Source: Bacteroidota bacterium
GTDB taxonomy: Bacteria > Bacteroidota > Bacteroidia > J057 > JADKCL01
Direction: 5' to 3'
Length of the DNA stretch: 64,000 nucleotides
Assembly: GCA_016718825.1 (NCBI GenBank)
Contig: JADKCL010000026.1
Span: 7,819-71,818, forward strand
A program made the translations under genes and the position numbers. The first letter of the stretch is position 1. The number at the start of each line of letters is the position of its first letter. The notes under the pieces are model-generated. The model was not told where the DNA came from. It worked only from the letters and a program-made list of their open reading frames with translations, and did no database searches. This document shows positions 47,220 to 58,000 of this stretch, in pieces.

Positions 47220-47254
47220 TCCAATTCTCAATTCTCAATTCTCAATTCTCAATT
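47220..47254 (+). repeat. (CTCAATT) heptamer array, 5 units
   Basis: tccaatt ctcaatt ctcaatt ctcaatt ctcaatt. It ends 5 nt from the stop of the convergent TIR-like gene. Confidence 0.9.
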
Positions 47255-47259
47255 CAAAA

Positions 47260-47667
47260 TCAGTATCCCCCAGGATTTTCCCTGTCTTTGAGCTCTTTTT
47301 CGATGGCATTGGGGTTGTAGGCGATTTCGCGGAGGAATTTGAATTCGTCGGGAATCGGGCCTGTGGTGTAGGGAATGCGTAGAAGCACTCTGCGAATTCC
47401 CCATTGATGGCAAAACTCGCCTTCCCATTCGAGCCAAGGATGGTCCAAATTGTTTTCTCCGATCAAAACGATCACGAGCGAAGCTTCCTTCAACGCCCAA
47501 ATCATCCGATCTTCATCCACGCTGCCATCCTCAAAATAAAAATAGTCGTCGTCCTGCGGAATCACATAGACTTTGCCGCCTAGCTTTCCTTGGGTCGCCC
47601 ATTTTTGAATCTTGCTTAGATAGCGCTTATCCTCATGCGTGCATGAAATGATAATATGCTGCTCCAT
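47260..47667 (-). CDS. Stand-alone TIR-like domain protein (DUF1863/MTH538-type, ThsB-like)
   Basis: From ATG 47667: 'MEQHIIISCTHEDKRYL...' then 'ASLVIVLIGENNLDHPWLEWEGEFCHQWGIRRVLLRIP'. This fits the DUF1863 pattern (vFiS..h.D ... vivLiG..T..s.WV.wEi..a...g..iigv.i). 135 aa. Confidence 0.55.
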   Translation of the reverse strand: MEQHIIISCTHEDKRYLSKIQKWATQGKLGGKVYVIPQDDDYFYFEDGSVDEDRMIWALKEASLVIVLIGENNLDHPWLEWEGEFCHQWGIRRVLLRIPYTTGPIPDEFKFLREIAYNPNAIEKELKDRENPGGY

Positions 47668-48006
47668 AACCCCTCGAATTTTTATTGAAAACAGAAATTT
47701 TGGAATGCCTGACGCACCTTCGGTTTCTATTAGGATGCAAATTAACCGCAAATTCATTGATAATGGAAGATTTTGCAGCCGAATAGACTGACAAAAATCA
47801 TGGTATTGTTACACAACCGCCAACGGGGGAATTATCACAGTTTCGTTGCAGAGTGTGATCGTGATGTGGGAACTTTGCTGCACATTCCACGATTTTTCTC
47901 CAAGAATGGCCAGATTTTAGGTGCAAATCCAAAAATTCCCAAGATTCTTACATCGCAATTCTTTGACAGCTTTCGCCTAATTTTGCAGGGTTCAACATCG
48001 GTCTCA

Positions 48007-48696
48007 TTGAAGATACTGCTCATCGCCGCCACTCCTTTTGAATCGGATTCCGTCAGGGAGCACTTTTCCATGCATTTGGAGGAGCGCGGGGCCGTTGGAA
48101 TTGACAGCAACAGCGGCAATCGCATCACTTTGTTGCATACCGGCATCGGAATGGTCAATACCGCTTGGCACTTCGGTCGGGAGTTGCAGCGCGAACGCCC
48201 GGACATCGCCATACAATTCGGGATTGCAGGTGCATTTGAGGGCGGACCTGCGCTTGTCGAGGTCGTCGAGCTGCAACAGGATTGTTTCGCTGAACTGGGT
48301 GCTGAGAGTCCCTCCGGATTTTTGCCGCTGGAAACGCTTGGTTTCGCCAATTTCAGGCTTGGAAATCAGCCTTTTTACAATGTCTTGCGACAGCCGGCCT
48401 TGCCCTTGGAAGGTCTCAGGCATTGCAAGGCCATCTCCGTAAATCGCATTTCCGGAACCGAAGAAGGCATTCGAAGAATGGAACAAATTTGGAATCCTGA
48501 GGTTGAGACCATGGAAGGCGCGGCATTTTTTCAAGGCTGTTTGATTGAAAATGTTCCATTCAGGGCTTTGAGAGCCATCAGCAACCGCGTCGAGCCGCGA
48601 AACCGGGAGGCTTGGAAATTGAAAGAAGCAGTGGAAGCCGTGCAAAAGGAACTGTTGTTTCGCTTGCAACGGTTGGAAACGGGAGAAGCACTATGA
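48007..48696 (+). CDS. mqnB: Futalosine hydrolase (PNP/UDP phosphorylase fold)
   Basis: 'KILLIAATPFES', 'LLHTGIGMVNTA', 'AIQFGIAGAF', 'ETMEGAAFF'. The TTG start at 48007 was chosen because homologues start at MKILL. Adjacent to mqnD with an ATGA overlap. Confidence 0.7.
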   Translation: MKILLIAATPFESDSVREHFSMHLEERGAVGIDSNSGNRITLLHTGIGMVNTAWHFGRELQRERPDIAIQFGIAGAFEGGPALVEVVELQQDCFAELGAESPSGFLPLETLGFANFRLGNQPFYNVLRQPALPLEGLRHCKAISVNRISGTEEGIRRMEQIWNPEVETMEGAAFFQGCLIENVPFRALRAISNRVEPRNREAWKLKEAVEAVQKELLFRLQRLETGEAL

Positions 48697-49502
48697 AACT
48701 CACACTTGGATTTAGCACTTGCCCCAACGATACGTTTATGTTTGACGCGCTCGTGAATGGGCGAATCAACACGAATGGGCTTGATTTTGAGGTGACGATG
48801 GCCGATATCTTGCACCTCAATCATGCAGCGATTGCCGGTAAACTGGACATCGTAAAGGTCAGCTACAACACCTACGGCCTGATCCGGGACGACTATGCCT
48901 TGCTCAATGCCGGAAGCGCAATGGGCTTGGGTTGTGGCCCCCTGCTGATTGCCCGTGAGGCCGTTTCGATTGCCGAATTGGTGGCTGGAAATGCCCGAAT
49001 TGCCATTCCAGGGAAAAATACGACCGCCAATTTGCTGTTGAGCTATTTTGAAAGCGGGCTTCAGAACCGGCAGGAAATGCTGTTTCATGAGGTGATGCCT
49101 GCCGTGAAATCAGGGGCGGCAGATGCTGGTTTGATCATCCATGAAAACAGATTCACCTACCAAGACGAGGGACTTGTCTGTTTGCAGGATTTGGGGGCCT
49201 ATTGGGAAGCAAAAACAGGATTGCCGATACCACTCGGTGCAATTTGCGTGCGGAGAAGCCTGGGAGAGGAGCTCATCGCACGCATCGACGCGCTCTTGCA
49301 TGACAGCATCGCCTATGCATTTGAGCATCCGGAGACGAGCATGCCGTTTGTGCGCGCCCATGCGCAGGAGCTGAGTGAAAGCGTCATGCAGCAACATATT
49401 CAATTGTATGTCAATGACTTTTCATTGGATATGGGGCTGGAAGGCAAGGCGGCAGTGAATGCGCTTCTGGCCGTCGGCGAAGGAATGGGTTTGTACAAAT
49501 AG
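48693..49502 (+). CDS. mqnD: 1,4-dihydroxy-6-naphthoate synthase
   Basis: 'MKLTLGFSTCPNDTFMFDALV...LDIVKVSY...IHENRFTY' is the typical MqnD pattern. Confidence 0.85.
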   Translation: MKLTLGFSTCPNDTFMFDALVNGRINTNGLDFEVTMADILHLNHAAIAGKLDIVKVSYNTYGLIRDDYALLNAGSAMGLGCGPLLIAREAVSIAELVAGNARIAIPGKNTTANLLLSYFESGLQNRQEMLFHEVMPAVKSGAADAGLIIHENRFTYQDEGLVCLQDLGAYWEAKTGLPIPLGAICVRRSLGEELIARIDALLHDSIAYAFEHPETSMPFVRAHAQELSESVMQQHIQLYVNDFSLDMGLEGKAAVNALLAVGEGMGLYK

Positions 49503-49525
49503 AACGGTTTTTCAAAGGAGGCAGC

Positions 49526-50494
49526 ATGTATATCGTCACAGGTGCAGCAGGATTTATCGGGAGTTGTGTCGCCGCCGAGCTCGGTCACATGGGTTGGAAA
49601 CCACTGGTTCTGGTCGATGATTTCAGCCGGGAGGATAAGCAGCCCAACTGGAAAAATCTGCCTGCAGAAGCGGTGGTTGACCGCGAGGAATTCTGGACTT
49701 GGGTGGTAGGAAAGGAGCAGGGGATTCAGGCGGTCATTCACCTGGGCGCACGAACGGATACCACCGAAATGAACCATGAGGTGTTTGACCATTTGAATTT
49801 CGGGTATTCGCAGAAAATTTGGCGCCTTTGTGCTGAATTTGGAATTCCATTGGTGTACGCCTCAAGCGCCGCGACTTACGGTGAGGGCGAATTTGGTTTT
49901 GACGACAACGAGGCGCTGATTCCGCAGCTGAAGCCGCTCAATCCTTATGGCGAAAGCAAGAATGAGTTTGACAAATGGGCATTGGCCCAACCCAGGCAGC
50001 CACGTTTTTGGGCTGGATTGAAATTTTTCAATGTCTATGGCCCCAATGAATTCCACAAAGGCCGTATGGCAAGCGTGATTTTCCATGCCTATCATCAGAT
50101 TCAGGCGTCCGGTAGCTTGCGGCTTTTCCGTTCACATCGGCCGGATTTTGGTGACGGTGAACAAATGCGGGACTTTGTTTACGTCAAAGACGTAGTCAAA
50201 GTGATCAAGTTCCTGCTGCAAAAGCGGCCGCAGTCGGGCATCTACAACCTTGGAACCGGAAAAGCACGAAGCTTTTTGGATTTGGGAAGAGCAGTTTTTG
50301 CAGCAATGGGGACCGAACCCAAGATCGACTTTGTCGACACGCCGGCAGACATTCGCGACAAGTACCAATATTTTACCGAGGCAAAGATGGAAAAATTGGT
50401 CAATGCGGGTTACCAAGAGGGGTTTTCTACGTTGGAGGCAGGTGTGGAAGATTATGTGAAGAACTTTTTGGTGAAAAAAAGTTACTTAGAATAG
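49526..50494 (+). CDS. hldD: ADP-glyceromanno-heptose 6-epimerase-like SDR
   Basis: 'IVTGAAGFIGS', 'YASSAATYG', 'PYGESK', 'GLKFFNVYGPNEFHKGRMASVIF' and 'GEQMRDFVYVKDV' match HldD motifs. Confidence 0.8.
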   Translation: MYIVTGAAGFIGSCVAAELGHMGWKPLVLVDDFSREDKQPNWKNLPAEAVVDREEFWTWVVGKEQGIQAVIHLGARTDTTEMNHEVFDHLNFGYSQKIWRLCAEFGIPLVYASSAATYGEGEFGFDDNEALIPQLKPLNPYGESKNEFDKWALAQPRQPRFWAGLKFFNVYGPNEFHKGRMASVIFHAYHQIQASGSLRLFRSHRPDFGDGEQMRDFVYVKDVVKVIKFLLQKRPQSGIYNLGTGKARSFLDLGRAVFAAMGTEPKIDFVDTPADIRDKYQYFTEAKMEKLVNAGYQEGFSTLEAGVEDYVKNFLVKKSYLE

Positions 50495-50631
50495 TATTTC
50501 GCGGCCTTCATGCGTTATTGATGGTGAAGCGCAGAAGGAATCGACCTGAAAAGTTTGATCACCGGATTCGTTTTTTGGATTGTTTTGTATAATTTTCGTA
50601 GCTAGTCGGAGTAGTATTTTTTGAATCTAAA

Positions 50632-51273
50632 ATGGCAGCCGAAGTCATTGATTTGATGCTCAATTTGAGCCTGTTGTTCGCGGTACTGATCGCGCCCAGC
50701 CTGCTTATGCTGTCTGTTTGGTACAAAAAGAGCCTCGGCAAACCTGTTTTCATCTGGCCAAAATCCGAAATGGTGTTGCTCACGATTGTATTTTTCATCG
50801 TGGCCTTGGTGCTGTTTATCGTTGGAGTCTCTTGCATTTTCACCTACTTCGGGTATCTCGATCCCATCCGTTTCGCTGGAATCAACGTGCGGCAGTTCCT
50901 GAATTTGGGTCTCTGCTGCAACCTTGCTGTGATTGGGCTCGCGATGGTCTACATGGGCATGCGCAACATGCTTGTGCAAATGGTCATGGAAAAAGGCATC
51001 GTGATGACCCGTGGCATTCTGCCGCTCCGGAATTCAGTGAAGCTACTTGAGTGGAGTCAAATCGTTGATTATTACGTCGTTCCTGACTATCCCAATGTCA
51101 ATATCACCTTCATCGTGGCGGTAGAGCCGATGCGGTTTCAGCGCCAATCGATCAAGGTTCCGGTTTATCTAAAGGATGAGTTCCAGACTTTTCTGGATGA
51201 AGGGCTTCAGGCATCCAAGTCGCCTAAAACCGGTTCGGAAATTTCTAGCAGCCGATATTTCTCTGAAAACTGA
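50632..51273 (+). CDS. Hypothetical membrane protein (about 4 TM + cytoplasmic domain)
   Basis: 213-aa ORF with hydrophobic N-terminal half. No family recognised. Confidence 0.6.
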   Translation: MAAEVIDLMLNLSLLFAVLIAPSLLMLSVWYKKSLGKPVFIWPKSEMVLLTIVFFIVALVLFIVGVSCIFTYFGYLDPIRFAGINVRQFLNLGLCCNLAVIGLAMVYMGMRNMLVQMVMEKGIVMTRGILPLRNSVKLLEWSQIVDYYVVPDYPNVNITFIVAVEPMRFQRQSIKVPVYLKDEFQTFLDEGLQASKSPKTGSEISSSRYFSEN

Positions 51274-51303
51274 GGCTTCCCAAATTATTCCTAAATTGAG
51301 GGC

Positions 51304-54300
51304 ATGAGACGGGTCTTGTGGACCAAAACTTTCATTTCCCTCGTGAGCGCACTCTTTTTGAGTACGTTGGCAACCGCTTTCCTGATCTGGGAGCGCGGAA
51401 AGGACGATGCAAGCCTGATCGCTGATTTGGAACGCAACATTAAATCCGACTTTGTCGATTTGGTGCAGTCGACTTCCAAGGCATCCGAAGAAATCGCCAC
51501 CCATTACAGCCAAACCCATCTGCTCGGGATTTCTGAGGGCATCGTGCGCATGGCCCTCGACAAGGATTGTCAGCTCACGGATTGGAACAACTCGGAATTG
51601 ATGCCGTCTCCACGCATCATGGACGACCTTTGTACCTATCCCAATCGCCGGACTCTGCAAGACAAGAACAAGATTTTCTATTTGCTGCGCCACGATGCGC
51701 CTCCTTATCAGATCGTTACGCTCATCCCTGTATCCATTGACTACAAGGTCGCGAATGCCTTTTTGCCCGGAAAGATTTTCTTGGGACGCTATGGCAACGA
51801 CGCTGCCGTGATGGCGGCATCAGACAAATTTGAAGTACACCTGCGACAAGTCGAAGGTGGTGTGCGCGTCTTTGATGGCGCCGATAATTTTGTGTATTGC
51901 CTCACGGTCCCCGACTTGGGCATTTTCGTGCAGAGCACCCGGTTGCTCGTTGTGGCCCTTTATTCTGTTGCCTTTGTTTTGCTGCTTTTCGGAATGGTGT
52001 CCTTCCTGGAACGAAAGTTTTTTGGATAGGATCGTTGAAAATCAGTGGAATATGGCCGTTTCTTTTGTTCCTTTTTTGTGCACGCATTCTGCTTTTTTAT
52101 CTCGGGCTCCCGAATTCCTACCTCAATACCGAGGTGTTTTCGCCCAGAATTCTCGCCGTCGGCACCTATTCCCCTTCGTTGGGAGACCTTCTTATCAATG
52201 TGGCCATCTTGGTGTTGGCGGTTTGGTTGCTCGTCAAACATTACCGTCGACGCATTTCGCTGCTCTACAAAAAAGCACTGCGCAACGGAATCATTGCCTG
52301 GGCGCTGCAATGTGGGATATTGACGATCTGCGTGCTGTTGACACGCGCCTTCCTCACCTTTGTCCAAAACGTGATCGAGCATTCGGTCATCAACTTTGAG
52401 TTTGAGAATGTATTTGAGCTGGAAACGTATTCCTACCTCGCATTTGCGATGATTGGGGCCGTTTTGGTGGCTTGGCTGCTGATCTTGCTCGAACTCATGC
52501 GTTTCAGTTTTCATTTTTTCAAGGGCAAGGGTAGTGCAGGCAAGATGTTGCTGTCCCTGGCTTGGATGCTGGCGCTCATCTATTTCTTGGTTGGGCTTGA
52601 CTTCGCTTATCTGGTAGCCTTGCCATTGGTCGTGGGACTTTGCCTGTTGATTTTCGCGCGAACACGGCGGAGCTTGGTGTTCAAGCTTGATCTTCCCAAT
52701 TTCCTGCTCGTCATTTTCATGTTTAGCCTGCTCGCGATGGTGGGGATTGTCAAAGGCAATGACAGTCGCGCAAATTTCCAGATGCAATTGCTTGCAGATC
52801 AGCAGAGTGACGACCACGACCTCATCACGGAGTTTGTCTTTGACCGCGTCGTCGAAGAGGTCGAAGCCGAGGCTTTTTTGTTGGATTATACCGAGGTCAA
52901 AGGCTTGGCGCGGCGGTTGAAGGAGCAATTCTTCGAATCCAGCTTCAAGGGGTATGAGGTGCGCATTTTCATCTACGACAAGGATACCGTTTTGCTCGAC
53001 AAGACGGGCGATTACCGGCCTTACTTATTCCCCAATTCGGATCCGAGCTTGCAACAAATGGGCGCAAGCACCATGACCGACGGGCTGTACCTCGTCAAAT
53101 ATTACAAAGGCCTGTTTGAGAATCTCTACATCGGCCAATTTCAATTGCTGCTGCGCAGCTTGGGTAGCATGACCGTTTGGGTCGAATTGCAGCCTACCGA
53201 GATTTCACCCAACCGGCTGTATCCGCAGCTGTTGTTGGATGATCATGTGCGAAATAGGGCCTTGATTGCCAACGACTTCGACTATGCTGTGTACAAGGAG
53301 GGGAAACTCTTCCGCAAGCATTCCGATGATCCATTTCCGATCTTTTACAAAGGCCCGTCGGTCGTTTCGGGTGGCAATATCACCTTGCAGCGGGAGGGAC
53401 GTTACCAACATCTCTATGACCAGGTAGGGAATGGGAAAGTTGTCGACGTCAGACGTCCGGTTTTAGGTGCATTTGATGCCGTCAACGTATTTTCCTACAT
53501 ATTTTACTTCTTTATCCTGGCTTCGATTGCGCTGATGCTGCCGGTTTGGCTCATTCGCATGGTCCGAGGACGGGTTAAGATTCGAAATCTGAGTTTGAAG
53601 GCAAGGATTCAGGCATTTTTTCTGATTCTGTCGGTGCTTCCGCTGTTTATCGTGGTGTTTTTTCTCTCGCCTTATATCAAGGAGCATATTTTCAAGGACA
53701 TTCGACGGGAATTGCAGGTACAAACCCAGCAAATTGCTTCCTATATCCGTGAAGATTATTTGAAATTGCGTCGCAGGTCCACTTCCTACTCCGCTATTCA
53801 TGGTGGATTGCGCCAAAATCTGAGTGAAACCTTGGAGGAACGGCTCAGTTCGGTCGAAAAAGCATTCGGAAACGACATCAACATCTATTACAGCAATGGA
53901 AAGCTGCACCGCACGACGCAGCCCAGTATTTTTGAATTGGGTTTGACGAGCAATTATATGAACCCGGAGGTCTATCGTGCGATTCGCAATGGCAGCATCA
54001 GCGACATCGTGATCGAAGACAATATTGGAAATGTCAACTATTTCAGCGGTTTTTATCCGATCATGAGCGATGAACGGAAAATCGTCGGTTTCTTGAACAT
54101 TCCCTATTACAAAAATCAGGAGAAGGTCAATGAGCAGAGCCTCAGGTTGTTGACGCTGTTGGTCAATATCTATGTTTTTATCTTCCTTGCCATTGGAATC
54201 GTTGCCGTCGTGATTTCCAATTCCATTGTGCGACCCTTGGGTTTGCTCAGCCAAAAGCTGCATGACACCAACCTCGGCCGTCTCAACGAACCCATTCAAT

Positions 54301-55067
54301 GGGACAGCAGCGACGAGATCGGCGAAATTATTCAGGCCTACAATGAAATGCTCAAAAAGCTCGCGGATTCCGAAGAACTGCTTTCGCGTAGCCAAAGGGA
54401 AATGGCTTGGCAAGAAATGGCCCGCCAAGTCGCCCACGAAATCAAAAATCCGCTGACGCCCATGCGTTTGAGTGTGCAGCATCTCGTGCGCACATGGGCA
54501 AGCGACAAACCCGCCAACGAGAAACTGAACACACTTTTTGAAAAAGTCACGCGTACCATTCTTGTGCAGGTGGAGTCATTGGTCAATATCGCCAATTCCT
54601 TCAGCCAATTTGCGAACATGCCTGAACCGGTAAAAAGCAAGTTTCCCCTGCAGGCAGTCATTCAAGAAGTGGTGGACCTTTATGCAAATGAAGGGGATGT
54701 GCAATTGGAATTGGATATGCCCGTCGAGGAATTCTATGTACATTCAGACCGTGACCAGCTCTCACGCGTGTTCAACAACCTGATTAAAAACGGGAAACAG
54801 GCGATTGAACATGAACAGGGCTTGGTTTTGGTGAAAATGACCGTGGAAGGCGATCTTGCGAAAGTGATGATTTCCGACAACGGAAAGGGTATCCCCGAGG
54901 AGATCGGCAGCCGTATCTTTGAACCAAGGTTCTCGACAAAGTCGTCGGGCATGGGCCTCGGATTGGCAATTGTAAAGAAGATCGTCGAAGGCGCTGAAGG
55001 CAGGATTTATTTTGAAAGTGAAGTCGGAAAAGGAACAAGGTTTTTTGTGGAACTGCCGAGGGGCTAA
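51304..55067 (+). CDS. Large multi-TM sensor histidine kinase (HAMP-HisKA-HATPase_c), split into two ORFs by an apparent 1-nt deletion in a T6 run
   Basis: H-box 'VAHEIKNPLTPM', N-box 'VFNNLIKNGKQA', G-boxes 'SDNGKGIP' and 'GMGLGLAIVKKIVE'. The ORF 51304-52029 ends '..LERKFFG*', and the second ORF reads '..TKVFWIGSLKISG' one frame back across tttttt (52018-52023). Confidence 0.8.
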
Positions 55068-58000
55068 GCGATGGGCTTGCCTTTTGTTGGGCACAATTTC
55101 CTTGCTGTTTTTCCATACAGCCAAGGCACAGAATTCCAAGCTTGTGCAGCAGACGGTGACCCTGCATGTAGATGACACCCTGCACCTTGGACAAACCCAC
55201 CTCACACCTTATACTTTTTCGATGATGGTCGAGGGCAAACCCGTGCTTGCCAGTGCCTTTGAACTGAATGAAACTGAAGGATACATTGTATTGAAAGACA
55301 ATTCATTGGATGGTAAAAGTGCAAGTATTACTTTTAGATATTTCCCTGAATTTTTGCAGCAAAGGTTTGCCTTGCGCACGTTCAGGTTGCAAGTGGACAG
55401 TACCGGCGAAAAGCGGGAGATCTTTGTAGACGAGTATTACAAAAACGATGAAAGTGTGGTTTTTATGCCGAGTGCGATTCGGCGAAGTGGAAGTATTTCT
55501 CGCGGACTGAGTGTCGGCAACAATCAGAGCCTCTCGGTCAACAGTGGATTGCGGTTGCAGTTGGAAGGTGATCTGGGTGATGACCTTAAGTTGCAAGCTG
55601 CCATCACCGACGAGACAATTCCCATTCAGCCTGATGGGACCACCCAACAGATCAACGACTTTGACAAGGTTTTCATTCAGTTGATCCGCAAAGACGACAA
55701 GGTGATTCTCGGTGACTTTGAAATTGACCACAAAGGCACACAATTCGCCAATTTTTACCGAAACGTACAAGGGATTGGTTTCCGGGTGAAGGGAGACAAA
55801 AAGGGGTATGCAGGCATCAATGGGGCCGTTGCAAAGGGCAAATTCCAGACCAACAGCTTTATAGGTCGGGAGGGGATCCAAGGACCCTATCGGCTCACCG
55901 GCCGCAATGGCGAACGCTTTATCATCGTCCTCGCCGGCAGTGAAAAGGTTTATTTCAACGGTGCCTTGATGACGCGTGGCGAAGGAAATGACTACGTCAT
56001 CGACTACAATACCGGCGAATTGACCTTCACGGCGCAACGTTTGGTGACGAGTGCTGCCCGAATTGTGATCGACTTTGAATACACTGACCGCAATTACAAC
56101 CGCTCGTTGCTTTTTGCCGATTTCGGTGCCGAATTGCTCAAGGGAAAGCTCAACATCAAAGGCAGTTACGGTCGGGATGCCGACAATCAGAATGCACCCA
56201 TTGAAGGGCCCTTCACCGACCTCGAACTGGATTCCTTGCGTGCCGCAGGCGACGATGCCAATTTGGCGGCTGTAACCGGCGTGGACAGTGTGGGCCCGCC
56301 TGACAATCCATCTGCTGTGCGTTACGCGCGCGTGGACAGCGTTTTCCTGGGAAATACCTACGAGGCCTATGTCTTCAGCACTGATCCCTCCAAGGCCGTC
56401 TACCGCATCACCTTTTCCAACGTCGGCGTTGGCAACGGTATGTACGTACGGGATGCGAGCCTGGTGAATGGAACGGTTTTTAAATGGGTTGCCCCTGATA
56501 GCCTGACATTGCGTCCGCGGGGCGATTATGCGCCGATTCGCGTACTAGTTCCCCCAAAATTGCTGCAAGTCGTCGATGTGGTCGCGGAGTATAAGATCTC
56601 GGAAAAATCCTTGGCCTACACCGAGACCGCCCTGAGTTCCAATGATCAGAACCGGTTTTCTTCGATCGATGATGCCGACAATGCCGACCTCGCCAACAAG
56701 ACCGGCATTCGTGTCGAAGGTCTCAAGGTTTCAGATTCCCTGCAATTGCGTTTGGATGCAAGCCACCGATTTGTCGGGAAGGGATATACCAATTTGGACC
56801 GGGTGTACAAGGTCGAATATGGACGCGAATGGAACTTTGATGACCTCGGCGAACGCCTGAATGAGAACGTGAGCGAAGGCATTGCCGAGTTGCGCTACGG
56901 TAAATCACTCCGTCTGTTGGGCAATGCAGGCATTCGCACCTATGGGCAACGGCTTTTTTCGATCAAACAGCTGTATGAGTTGGAAAGCAGCCACAAATGG
57001 TTGCAGGGCAAGTACACCTTCACGACCGTGGGCACTGAAGACAAGGTCGACTCGGTATTTTCAAGGTGGACCCGCCACAATGGCGACGTGCACAAAGACA
57101 TCGGAAAGCTCCGTCCCGGCGTCGAGATTTGGTTGGAAGACAAAACGAAGGTCGCCGATGGAATAGCACAGGCAGGCGCATTTCGATTCGCAGACATCAA
57201 ACCCTACTTCAAAACGATTAAAACCGAGAAGTTGGACCTGAGCATTTTTTACAATTACCGCAAGGAATGGGAGCAGGCCGATTCATCGTTCCGGGAAAAA
57301 TCCGTTGCTCATACGGAAGGCATGAAGATCATCTGGTCGCCGACATCTACCCTCAACTTTCAGAATACCAGTTCGTTACGGAATTTTAATGTCAAGGATT
57401 CCAAATTCCTGGAAAAGGGACTTACCAACAGCCAAACCTTGATCACCAACTTTCAGGGATCGTGGTACACCAACAACCGCGTTCTGTTTTCAAATGTATT
57501 GTATGAAGTGACCTCCGAACAAGTCGCTCAAAAGCAGGTCGCGTATATCGAGGTTTATCCCGGGCAAGGCGACTACGAATGGATCGATGCCGACAGCAAC
57601 GGAGTGCAGTCGCTCGACGAATTCCAGTACAGCATAAATCCCAACAGAAGCAATTTCTATGTCCGAATCCTCATCCCGTCGGCGCAACTGTTTCCGACCA
57701 CAGCTTTGAACTTCAGCGGAAACTTTAAGATCGACCTTAAAAAGGCCTGGAAACGAACCGAAAGCCCCTTGTTGGAGATCGTGCGGAATACGAGTTCGAT
57801 CACGAATTTCAGGGTGGCCCAAAAGAAGGCGGCAGGAAGCCAATTCGACAGCTATCTCGTGAGTCTTGGCGACGTTTTTGGGGATACGACCTTGCTCGAC
57901 GCCCAATACACGTTCCGTCAGGATCTTTATTTCTTCCGGAACGACCCTGTGGGTGACCTGAAATTTTCCTACGGAGACAACAAAAACAAGCTCTTTTTGG

